From assembly GCA_034423015.1 (NCBI GenBank), contig DAOUJG010000063.1, positions 112,865-176,864 of the forward strand: DNA of 64,000 bases, given 5' to 3'. Below, piece by piece: positions 8,591-16,937 of the stretch. The first letter of the stretch is position 1; the number at the start of each line of letters is the position of its first letter. Under the pieces are notes generated by a model. That model had not been told where the DNA came from. It worked only from the letters and a program-made list of their open reading frames with translations, and made no database searches. This DNA is from Dehalococcoidia bacterium (GTDB lineage Bacteria > Chloroflexota > Dehalococcoidia > Lucifugimonadales > JAGWBF01). The translations under genes and the position numbers were made by a program.

Positions 8591-8665
8591 TGGCTCCCCA
8601 GGTAGGATTCGAACCTACGACCTAGCGGTTAACAGCCGCCCGCTCTACCACTGAGCTACTGGGGA
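8591..8665 (-). tRNA. tRNA-Asn (GTT)
   Basis: TCCCCAG acceptor stem, D-arm GCTC/GAGC, anticodon loop CT-GTT-AA, TTCGAAT T-loop, encoded CCA; 75 nt. Confidence 0.98.
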
Positions 8666-8730
8666 ACAGTCGTGAAGGGTGGGCCGGTGAAGGCCCACAT
8701 AACGATTTTATCACCAGGGGGCGTTGGGTC

Positions 8731-9750
8731 TCAAGCGTTGCTCTCACCGGCCAGCCGCGGTATCACGTGCCTGGCCATCAGCTCGAGCTGCTTCATGACC
8801 TTGTCCTGCTCCAGGCCCGGCCACTGTAGGCGGAAGATCATGTGGGTGACGCCCAGCTCCTCCTCGTACCGCCGTATCTCCGAGACGATGTCGTCGGGGG
8901 TCCCGATGAGGAACCGGTCCCTGGCCAGGTCTTCGAAGGGCATCTCGAAGCTCTCCTCGCCGGGCAGCGCCTTGTCCTGGCCCCAGTCGGCATAGGCCTG
9001 GTACTTGCACTCCAGGTGAGGGCGGCTCTCGTACATGGCCACCTCCCTGTCCTCGGCAACGTACATCTCCCGCATCATGGGCAGGGCCAGCGGCCCGGCG
9101 ACGCCGGACTCCTCCAGCGCCCCCCGGTAGATGTCCATCTGGGCCCTGATGGTGGCCACCGTAGCGTGGGGATTGACCAGCCAGGAATATCCCAGGCGTC
9201 CGGCCCGCCGTATGGCGCCGTCGTTGTTGGCGGCGACCCATATGGGAGGGTGGGGCTGCTGCACGCAGCGGACCGTCGAGGTCACCCTGGGCACCTGGTA
9301 GAAGCGGCCGTCGAACTCCACGTCCTCGCCGGTCCAGAGCAGCTTCATCACCTCCAGGGCCTCCACCATGCGGGGCACCCTCTCCTCGCGCTTGACTCCG
9401 AAGGCCGTGTACTCCTCCTCCCTGTAGCCGAGGCCGACGCCGAAGATGAACCTGCCGGAGCAGATGGCGTCCATGGTCGCCACCATCTCGGCCATCTCCA
9501 CGGGGTTGTGCAGCGGCACGAGCACGATGCTGGAGGCCACCTCCATGCCGTCTGCCTCGGCCGCCATCCTGGCCAGGAAGGGGATGCTCGTCGGCATGGT
9601 GAAGGGCGCGGAGAGGTAGTGCTGGCCGGCGCAGATCATGCCGAACCCGCCCTCCCTGGCCGCCCGGACCTGCTCCAGGTTGTCCTGTATCTTCCGCTCC
9701 ATCGATTCTCCGGCCATATACTGGTTGGTCAGCAGCAGTCCCAGCTTCAT
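8731..9750 (-). CDS. LLM-class flavin-dependent oxidoreductase (luciferase-like)
   Basis: GQHY, PLHNPVEMAE..AT.D..C.GRFIFGVGLGYR..EY motifs. Confidence 0.93.
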   Translation of the reverse strand: MKLGLLLTNQYMAGESMERKIQDNLEQVRAAREGGFGMICAGQHYLSAPFTMPTSIPFLARMAAEADGMEVASSIVLVPLHNPVEMAEMVATMDAICSGRFIFGVGLGYREEEYTAFGVKREERVPRMVEALEVMKLLWTGEDVEFDGRFYQVPRVTSTVRCVQQPHPPIWVAANNDGAIRRAGRLGYSWLVNPHATVATIRAQMDIYRGALEESGVAGPLALPMMREMYVAEDREVAMYESRPHLECKYQAYADWGQDKALPGEESFEMPFEDLARDRFLIGTPDDIVSEIRRYEEELGVTHMIFRLQWPGLEQDKVMKQLELMARHVIPRLAGESNA

Positions 9751-9878
9751 CGTTACCTCCGAAGGCTCCGTAGACGTGAGACAATTGTAGCCCGCCGACG
9801 GGCTGATGACCAGAGACGGCTGTTGCCCCGGAGCCCACCAGCCGGTAGAATCCTCTACGTACCAACGGGGAGGCAGGG

Positions 9879-10664
9879 ATGAAGATAGCCAGGTTCCGAC
9901 AGAAGCGAAGGATGGCCTACGGCGTGGTCGAGGGCGACGAGGTCGCCGAGGTGCGGGGCAGCATCTTCACCCGGTTCAGGATAACGGACACCCGCCACAA
10001 GCTGGACGACGTGGAGCTGCTGGCGCCCACGAACCCGTTGCAGATCTGGTGTCCCGGGCTCAACTTCGCGGAGCACCTGGAGTTCGCCGGGTCGGTGCTG
10101 GGAGAGGAGAAGACCCCGGGGTCCCAGCACCCGGAGCCGTGGCAAAAGGGCAGAAACGCCCTCAACGCCCACGAGGGCCGCATAGTCATACCCAAGGACT
10201 CGTGGGGCGGCGTCCACTACGAGGGCGAGGCCGTGGCGGTCATCGGCAGGCAATGCCGGAGGGTGGCGCCGGACCAGGCGCTGAGCCACGTGCTGGGGTT
10301 CACCTGCGGCAACGACGTCAGCGAGCGCGCCTGGCAGCGGGACGACTGGACCTTCTGGAGGGCCAAGGGCTCGGATACCTTCGCCCCCGTCGGGCCTTGG
10401 ATCGAGACCGACGTGGACCCGGGCAACCTGGAGATGGTGGTCAGGCTAAACGGCGGCGAGGTGCAGAGGGCCAACACCCGGGACATGCTTCACAACTTCC
10501 CCACGGTGATCAGCTACATCAGCCAGCAGGTCACCCTCTACGCGGGAGACCTGGTGTTCTCGGGGACCACGGGCAGCACCACCGCCATGAAGCCCGACGA
10601 CGTGGTGGAGGTGGATATCCGGGGCATTGGCGTACTCCGCAACTACGTACACTCCGAGGAGTAG
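9879..10664 (+). CDS. Fumarylacetoacetate hydrolase family protein
   Basis: GLNFAEH, HYEGE, GFTCGNDVSER, KGSDTFAPVGPW, GDLVFSGT motifs. Confidence 0.93.
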   Translation: MKIARFRQKRRMAYGVVEGDEVAEVRGSIFTRFRITDTRHKLDDVELLAPTNPLQIWCPGLNFAEHLEFAGSVLGEEKTPGSQHPEPWQKGRNALNAHEGRIVIPKDSWGGVHYEGEAVAVIGRQCRRVAPDQALSHVLGFTCGNDVSERAWQRDDWTFWRAKGSDTFAPVGPWIETDVDPGNLEMVVRLNGGEVQRANTRDMLHNFPTVISYISQQVTLYAGDLVFSGTTGSTTAMKPDDVVEVDIRGIGVLRNYVHSEE

Positions 10665-10684
10665 CCCGCGGCACGCCCCTCGTA

Positions 10685-10713
10685 TTGTCTTTCCAGCCTG
10701 TCAATTCTATACT
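10685..10713 (+). promoter_or_regulatory. Sigma70-type promoter for the LON-domain gene
   Basis: TTGTCT-17 bp-TATACT, 10 nt before ATG 10724. Confidence 0.6.
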
Positions 10714-10723
10714 GTCACCTGAT

Positions 10724-11395
10724 ATGGAGGACGCCCAGACCCAACCCGACGGGCCCACGGAAGAGCTCCGGCTGTTCCCGCTGAACGTGGTACTGTTCCC
10801 CGGGATGACGATGCCCCTGCGCATCTTCGAAGAGCGGTACAAGCTGATGATCGGCGAGTGCCTGGATGCCAAGGAGCCCTTCGGCGTGACCCTCATCCAG
10901 GCGGGGGCAGAGGTCGGGGGCGGGGCCACTCCCCACCTGACCGGCACCACGGCCCGGATCACCAACGTGGAGCGCCTGGAGGACGGGCGCATGAACCTCG
11001 CCACCAAGGGCGAGAGGCGGTTCCGCATCGTCGACACCGTCCACGAGGTGCCCTACTTGAAGGCACGGGTCCGCTATCTTCCCGAGGAGGCCGGAGAGGT
11101 GGACCCCGAGGAGCTGGCCAAGCTTCGCGGCCTGTTCAAGGAGTACCTGCGCGGCCTGGCCTCCCTGCAGGGTGGATGGGTGAGGCAGGCGCAGGCTCCG
11201 GAGGATCCGGGGCCGCTGTCCCACACCGTGGCCCACTACATGGAGCTCCCGGCCATGGCCAAGCAACGCCTGCTGGAGCTGGCTTTTATCGGAGAGCGGA
11301 TACACTACGAGGTACCCCTCCTGGAGGGAGCGAACCGCCGCCTCAGGGAGCAGATCGTGGGCCGCAGCCCCTACAAGGGCGCCCGCCTGAACTAG
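10724..11395 (+). CDS. LON peptidase substrate-binding domain protein
   Basis: LRLFPLNVVLFPG..MPLRIFEERYK.MI..C motif; real start is ATG 10724, not the 9806 extension. Confidence 0.9.
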   Translation: MEDAQTQPDGPTEELRLFPLNVVLFPGMTMPLRIFEERYKLMIGECLDAKEPFGVTLIQAGAEVGGGATPHLTGTTARITNVERLEDGRMNLATKGERRFRIVDTVHEVPYLKARVRYLPEEAGEVDPEELAKLRGLFKEYLRGLASLQGGWVRQAQAPEDPGPLSHTVAHYMELPAMAKQRLLELAFIGERIHYEVPLLEGANRRLREQIVGRSPYKGARLN

Positions 11396-11552
11396 GCCTC
11401 GCCCCCATAGTTGCTTGAACAACTACGGCCTCGCCCACTGGTTTCGCTCACCCCTGGGGCTTCTTCTCCCGGAGCCTGGCACCAACAGTCCGCTTTGACG
11501 CAAGAGTCTTGCCTTGCGACCCGTCTTACCGCTTGCGTAGCCCGGGGTAGAC

Positions 11553-11789
11553 TTATCTGACTCTTGTGGCGCACAATCTCAGGGCATCAGGGCCCCGGCC
11601 TTCTCTGATAATCCTACGAGCATGGCTGACGCGGCTTCGATATGACCGTTCGGTATAATTCCGTTGCTCCCTCAGTAATGCGACAATCTGCTGGTTGGTC
11701 AACGACTCATCGGCAAACTGCTTATAGAAGGTCTCAAAGACTTCCATGCCAACCGATTGGAGGGTTCGTTTCAACGTCTGGTCATCCAT
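11553..11789 (-). CDS. Small hypothetical helical protein (78 aa)
   Basis: ATG-started ORF directly after the phosphatase; amphipathic, basic C-terminal half (YTERSYRSRVSHARRIIREG). Confidence 0.6.
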   Translation of the reverse strand: MDDQTLKRTLQSVGMEVFETFYKQFADESLTNQQIVALLREQRNYTERSYRSRVSHARRIIREGRGPDALRLCATRVR

Positions 11790-11821
11790 CGTGGGCAGTC
11801 AGTAGGCAGGCAGCCATCGAG

Positions 11822-12394
11822 TCATTTGGGCCTGTGGACACTGGGTAGCCCGATGAATCCTTCAGCCATGCCCCAGCGGTCTCGCTTGGAAGCGATGTAT
11901 GCAGCTACCGGGCTGGTTCTGTCGATGCCGGCACTGCAATGCACGAGCACTGGCTTGGGCAATTGGTCGAATGCTCTCAAGACCCTCTCCTTGTCATCTT
12001 CGGACGGCTCTTGGTAGTCAGCCATTGGGATATGGCGAAACTCGAACCCTTGCGAACGATAATACCCATACAGCCCATCAGGATGCAGTTCGAGTCCGCC
12101 TCTGATGTAGTACTTCTCGTGCTGAGCTTCTTCAAGTAGGCTCACAATTGAGCGAATTCCTGAAGACCTTACCTGTTCAACCCAGACTTCGACGAGTGTC
12201 CTAGCCTCTGGAGGCAACGGGTTACGTCCTCCATAGTCGGGATGGTCCCGAAGTGGCCGCGTTGAACACGCCAAGCTTCCGTCCAGTAGCCAAACTAGAA
12301 GCTCCGAATCGTTTCCTACTTGACTGCGAAATCTAGTGCTTCGGATCTTTGCCCGAATCCCCTTGGTCAACTCTGCCAATTCCATAAGGTGCAA
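11822..12394 (-). CDS. Protein-tyrosine/dual-specificity phosphatase family protein
   Basis: CX5R P-loop VHCSAGIDRTS; general-acid region IPMAD. Confidence 0.88.
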   Translation of the reverse strand: MHLMELAELTKGIRAKIRSTRFRSQVGNDSELLVWLLDGSLACSTRPLRDHPDYGGRNPLPPEARTLVEVWVEQVRSSGIRSIVSLLEEAQHEKYYIRGGLELHPDGLYGYYRSQGFEFRHIPMADYQEPSEDDKERVLRAFDQLPKPVLVHCSAGIDRTSPVAAYIASKRDRWGMAEGFIGLPSVHRPK

Positions 12395-12410
12395 TTTGCT
12401 CCAAGATCGC

Positions 12411-14183
12411 TTAGCTTGAAGGGCGGGGCCACACCTTCGTTATCGTCTCCGCCAACGCCTCGCTCCGTTGTTTGATGGCGGTTTCATCCCAACGATCGGA
12501 GGCTGAATCCAACACTTCCTTGTTGAGCATCAAAGTGCTAAAGGTATCCAATGCCCGCCGCTTGTCCCCCCATGAACGGTTGGACATCGACGAGTTCAGC
12601 GCTCTTGTTGCTAGGGTCAAGTTACCAATAAGGCCAATATGCTCCTTGCGCAATTCCTCTGCTCGGGCCTCGTCAATGTCTTGGTGAGGGAAAGGCCACC
12701 CATCCGAAGTCCAGCGCTGGGGCATCAAATGCTCTACAGTGAGGTTTGTCGGGACAGCTAGTTGTTCAGTCATGGATGGTCTCTTGCTAAGCTCGATGGT
12801 TTCCAGGATCATCTTACGCCTGGCCGCGTTCCCCGGCATCGGCCTCATGGACAGATAGTCTATTACCTGCTTGTCGTCTGGCCAGGTCCGATTTTCCGCG
12901 GTCTGGCTGACTAGGTAGTCAATAAGCACTTGATTGGCGGGCTCCTGCGTGTGTTGTGCCAAATGACTCACCAGTTCGATGAACAGGGCGTTAAGCCCCT
13001 GAGTACCCAAGTTGCATAGCACCCGCCGGACGAGAAAGCTTTCCACTGCACGAACCGCAGACTGCCGCTCTTGGTCGTTGATGTCCTGGGTGTAAAGCCA
13101 GAGCAGTGGCGGCATGACGACGCTTATTTCCAAGACCTTAAGGCGCTTCAGGATGTCGTCTATTCCCGGTTGTCTGTTTTCTTCGATGTTCTTGTAGACC
13201 ATGCCGACATTCCGCACATCTACGGCCACAGCTTCAATCGTCCGCTCTGTCTCTCCCACATACCTCCTAAAGGCTGCGGCCGTGCGATGCATTTGGACAT
13301 ATTCACGAAGGCGCATGATACACCAGTAGTTGAGGAAGCGGTCCAGTTGTATCTGAAGAACCCGCCCGCGGCTTTCCTCCTGCCTCCACCAGTCGTCTTC
13401 AAACATCCCCCAAAGCGTACGTGCCTTGGTTTCGTCATCAATTAGGTCGGCTTCGTACATCACCGTGTTCTTGATGTAGTCGGCCTGTTTGAGGGGTTCG
13501 CCTCGACTGTTCAGTATCTCAAAGGTGAAGTGGGGTTGGTCTCCCTTGTCCAGCTCTATGGTGGCAACTTTCAGATACTTCTTCACAACGTCGTAGAGCG
13601 CGTGTGCTCGGGCATCGACATGCACCGGATCCTCATTGAGCCAATTCGTTACCCACTCGCGCAGGTGCGAGTAAGCTTCAACTATGGGCCTCGACGGCCG
13701 ATTGGGGCTTAGTCTACCGTTGATAATGTCCTGGAAGTCCGCTTGGTCCAAACGATTTGACTGACGCATCTTCGTGGCATTTAGGTGGTCTCCGCCCGTA
13801 AGCGAATCCCTGTTGAATAGGTAGTCACGGAGGGAAGCGAAGTCCGACGTATCCACCAGTGCCGCCGTAAACGCCCCATCCAGGACCTTGATAAGCAGCT
13901 GCAGAGTCGTCAGGCGCTGCTGGCCATCGACGATCAAGATTGGCTGTACTTCGGAGAGCGGCGCGTCGCTCTCTCGCGGCTGCACGACTATCGCGCCCAT
14001 GAAGTGTAGGCGCACGTCCGATGCGCTCGGTGCCTTCAGCAAATCCTCCGCGACTTTCTGGACGTCGTCCCATAGAGCCTTCCACTCCTCATTCCCCCAG
14101 GCATACGGACGTTGAAATACTGGAATCCGATAGGACACGTCACGGTCAAACAGATCTTTCATGCCCATGATGCTCGCTTCCAT
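12411..14183 (-). CDS. GmrSD-family type IV restriction endonuclease (DUF262 + DUF1524/HNH)
   Basis: IPVFQRPYAW, VDGQQRLTT, FEILNSRG (DUF262); TVEHLMPQ...GNLTL...N...N (DUF1524); AAGGAG RBS. Confidence 0.93.
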   Translation of the reverse strand: MEASIMGMKDLFDRDVSYRIPVFQRPYAWGNEEWKALWDDVQKVAEDLLKAPSASDVRLHFMGAIVVQPRESDAPLSEVQPILIVDGQQRLTTLQLLIKVLDGAFTAALVDTSDFASLRDYLFNRDSLTGGDHLNATKMRQSNRLDQADFQDIINGRLSPNRPSRPIVEAYSHLREWVTNWLNEDPVHVDARAHALYDVVKKYLKVATIELDKGDQPHFTFEILNSRGEPLKQADYIKNTVMYEADLIDDETKARTLWGMFEDDWWRQEESRGRVLQIQLDRFLNYWCIMRLREYVQMHRTAAAFRRYVGETERTIEAVAVDVRNVGMVYKNIEENRQPGIDDILKRLKVLEISVVMPPLLWLYTQDINDQERQSAVRAVESFLVRRVLCNLGTQGLNALFIELVSHLAQHTQEPANQVLIDYLVSQTAENRTWPDDKQVIDYLSMRPMPGNAARRKMILETIELSKRPSMTEQLAVPTNLTVEHLMPQRWTSDGWPFPHQDIDEARAEELRKEHIGLIGNLTLATRALNSSMSNRSWGDKRRALDTFSTLMLNKEVLDSASDRWDETAIKQRSEALAETITKVWPRPSS

Positions 14184-14495
14184 CTCGCTTCTCCTTACTG
14201 CAAGCTCTCCATTTGGACTCTAGCTACTGGAGCGACTCCCATCGTCTATAGCCTCCCCAGTCGTTGGTCCGTAATCGCCAAATAGGACGGGTCAATGTCG
14301 GCACCGATGAATGCGCATCCCAACTCCCCCACCACGATGGCAGTAGTCCCGCCGCGAGAAACAGGTCGCAGACGACCAGCCCCGCGAAGACGCGAATATC
14401 CAGCAAGGGGTTGAATCCCCCTTCATTCTGGCCCCATTCGTGATAGCGGGTATCTTGGGATGTCAGAACCGGCGCGGTAACGACATCAAAGTCAG

Positions 14496-15455
14496 CTAGA
14501 CTCCGGACTTTCGATGCAAAGCCTTCGCAGGGACCACCTGGCCGGTGACCTTGATGGCGCCCCCGGTGGGCACGAACCCGGAGAAGAGCTCGGGATGCAG
14601 TATCTCGGCCATGATCTCCAGGCCGTCGATGAGCCGCGGCCCTGACCTGCTGAAGTAGGCGCTGGCATCCACCACGAACACTCTGGATTGCTCCACCGCG
14701 GGGAGAGAGCTCCAGCCCTCCCGCTCGGTGAGCAGGGACACCTCCTGCAGCGCACGCTTGGCGTCGAAGCCGCAGGGAGTGACCAGTATCACCTCGGGAC
14801 GGGCCTCGAGGACCCGTTCCCACTCGATGCGAAACGACGGAGTGTGCTTGTCGCCCAGGACGTCCTCGCCCCCGGACATCTCCACCATCTCGGGCACCCA
14901 GTGCCCGGCCGCCAGCACCGGGTCCATCCACTCGAGGCACGCCACCCGGGGCCTCGTGTCCGCCAGGGCCGCCCTTGCCTCGACCGCCTCCACCCTGCGG
15001 CTCAGGGAGCCGGCGAACCGTTCCGCCTCGTCCCGGGCCCCCGTGGCGTCGCCCACCTTCAACACGTCCCCTATCACGTCGCCCACCGAGCTGGGGTCCA
15101 GGGACAGTATCTCCGGCTTCCTGGCCAGGGTCTCAGTTGCGTCGGCAACCTGCCGCGCGGTTATCGCTCACTCTCCGCATAGCTCCTGGGTGAGGAGCAG
15201 GTCGGGTTCCAGCTTCTCCAGAAGCTCCACGTCGATGTCGTAGATGCCCTTCCCCTCGGTGAGCCGCTCCTCGATGATCCGGTGTATATCGCCGCTGGAG
15301 TAGTCGCCGTCCTGGAAGATGCTGTGCACGATCCAGGGCAGCTTCCGGGCCTCGGGCGGGTAGTCGCACTCGTGGCTCACACCGAGCAGATGGTCGCCCA
15401 GACCCAGGGAGTAGACGATCTCCGTGGCGCTGGGCAGGAAGGAGCAGATGCGCAT
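14496..15455 (-). CDS. BtuF-like (cobalamin-binding-type) protein without signal peptide, 319 aa, in-frame UGA at codon 96 (candidate selenocysteine, CxxU)
   Basis: MRICSFLPSATEI...HECDYP...TQELCGE[TGA]AIT...LEW...PCGF...FSRSGPRL; ORFs 15168-15455 and 14496-15086 share one frame; real stop is TAG. Confidence 0.85.
15134..15152 (-). promoter_or_regulatory. Candidate bacterial SECIS hairpin (BtuF-like gene)
   Basis: CA(G)GUUGC-CGAC-GCAAC-UG at +16 to +34 after the UGA; loop G at +25. Confidence 0.6.
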
Positions 15456-15664
15456 CGGACCTCCTCGCGTCGTCGGCCGGGGCCGGCTACCCGCCATTAT
15501 GCCACGGCAGGGGCCCGATTGGTAGGAGCATGACAATCGACGCCATGCGGCCATCGGGCCTTGCGGGCATCCGGCGTTGTTGGGGCCGCCGCCATGTATG
15601 GTATAGTGTTGGCGGCCCGCCCACCCCGGCTGCAGGCCGGGCGCTCGGCCCAGACCCCTCTCGG

Positions 15665-15709
15665 CCCGACCAGCGTACCCCAGACCGACGTACCCCCGAC
15701 CAACGTACC
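15665..15709 (+). repeat. 3 x 15-bp tandem repeat in the leader of the LVIVD gene
   Basis: cccgaccagcgtacc / ccagaccgacgtacc / cccgaccaacgtacc directly before AAGGAGG. Confidence 0.8.
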
Positions 15710-15717
15710 AAGGAGGA

Positions 15718-16932
15718 GTGATGGCCCAGCAAGGGGAGATACACAACCTCCGTCTGGTGTCCCACAGCGACCTCGGCGGCTTCGGCAACATCGGCGAGGG
15801 CGTGGCCCTTCAGCAGGCCTCCGACGGGCGTCGCGTGCTCTGGCTGGCCCACGAGGGCCCTCCCAAGGACGTGACCGCGGTGGACGTCAGCGACCCGGCC
15901 AACCCCCGGGTGGTCGCCCAGACGGAGCTGCCCCACCAGCAGATCCGGTCCAACTCCCTGGCGGTGGTCGACGACCTGCTCCTGGTGGCCTACCAGGTCT
16001 CGCGGCCTGGGATCTCCGACGCCGGCATGGGCGTGTACGACATCTCCAGACCCGAGGAGCCCAGGCGGGTAAGCTTCTTCGACACCTCGGGGCCCAGCTC
16101 CCGGGGGACCCACTGCCTCTGGTGCGTCGACGGGCAGTACGCCCACCTGAGCACCGGGGCCGCCGACTTCACGCCGACCGACCCCAAGGACGACCAGTTT
16201 CACATGATAGTCGACGTCGGCGACCCGGCCAGGCCTGCGGAGGTGGGCCGCTGGTGGCTGCCGGGCACACGGGAGGGAGACGACGCCCCTCCGCCGGTCC
16301 GCCATCCGGAGCACGACGTGGGCTACCGGGTGCACAACGTCAACGTCTATCCCGGCCGGCCCGACCGGGCATACCTGGGCTACGTGGACGCCGGCATCGT
16401 CATCCTGGACATCGCGGACCTCTCGCGCCCTAGCATGGTCACCCAGCTCGACTATCACCCCCCACTGACGGGGTTCACCCACACCGTGCTGCCCCTGTTC
16501 GACAGGGGTCTGCTGGTGGTGGCGGAGGAGGCCAGCGAGCACGACAACTGCGAGGACTGGCCCAAGGTCGTGTGGGTGGTGGACTCCAGCGTGGAGACCA
16601 ACCTCGTTATGTTGAGCACCCTGCCCACCGACAAGGACAAGTACTGCGCCATCCCGGGGCGGTACGGGGCCCACAACCTCCACGAGAACCTGCCAGTACC
16701 CACCTCCCACGTTTCCGACACCATCGTGTACAGCACCTTCTTCAACGCGGGCCTGCGGATCCACGACATCTCCGACCCCTTCCGTCCCCAGGAGATAGCC
16801 TACTTCGTGCCGCCGGTGCCCGAGGGAGCCCGGGCCAACTCGGTGAACGACGTTTACGTGGACGAGGGGGAGCTGATCTACACCGTGGACCGGATAAAGG
16901 GCGGCCTCTACATCCTGGAGCCGGCCTGGTAG
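15718..16932 (+). CDS. LVIVD-repeat beta-propeller protein
   Basis: Repeated xxxVDVSDP-type motifs; GFTHT and GAHNLHEN; AGLRIHDISDP. Confidence 0.85.
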   Translation: MMAQQGEIHNLRLVSHSDLGGFGNIGEGVALQQASDGRRVLWLAHEGPPKDVTAVDVSDPANPRVVAQTELPHQQIRSNSLAVVDDLLLVAYQVSRPGISDAGMGVYDISRPEEPRRVSFFDTSGPSSRGTHCLWCVDGQYAHLSTGAADFTPTDPKDDQFHMIVDVGDPARPAEVGRWWLPGTREGDDAPPPVRHPEHDVGYRVHNVNVYPGRPDRAYLGYVDAGIVILDIADLSRPSMVTQLDYHPPLTGFTHTVLPLFDRGLLVVAEEASEHDNCEDWPKVVWVVDSSVETNLVMLSTLPTDKDKYCAIPGRYGAHNLHENLPVPTSHVSDTIVYSTFFNAGLRIHDISDPFRPQEIAYFVPPVPEGARANSVNDVYVDEGELIYTVDRIKGGLYILEPAW

Positions 16933-16937
16933 CCGGG

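Noticed and set aside
9806-10723. 529-aa N-terminally extended LON-domain ORF
   Set aside because: The extension is an off-frame overlap with the FAH gene; a promoter and ATG at 10724 explain the real gene.
14190-14495. Small membrane ORF between the BtuF-like gene and gmrSD
   Set aside because: There is a hydrophobic stretch but no convincing start/RBS or recognisable family; it may be debris at the islet edge.
15456-15717. Cobalamin riboswitch upstream of the BtuF-like gene
   Set aside because: No AGGGAA or GCCACTG core is visible, and a TGgCATAAT -10 about 40 nt upstream of the ATG leaves too short a leader.
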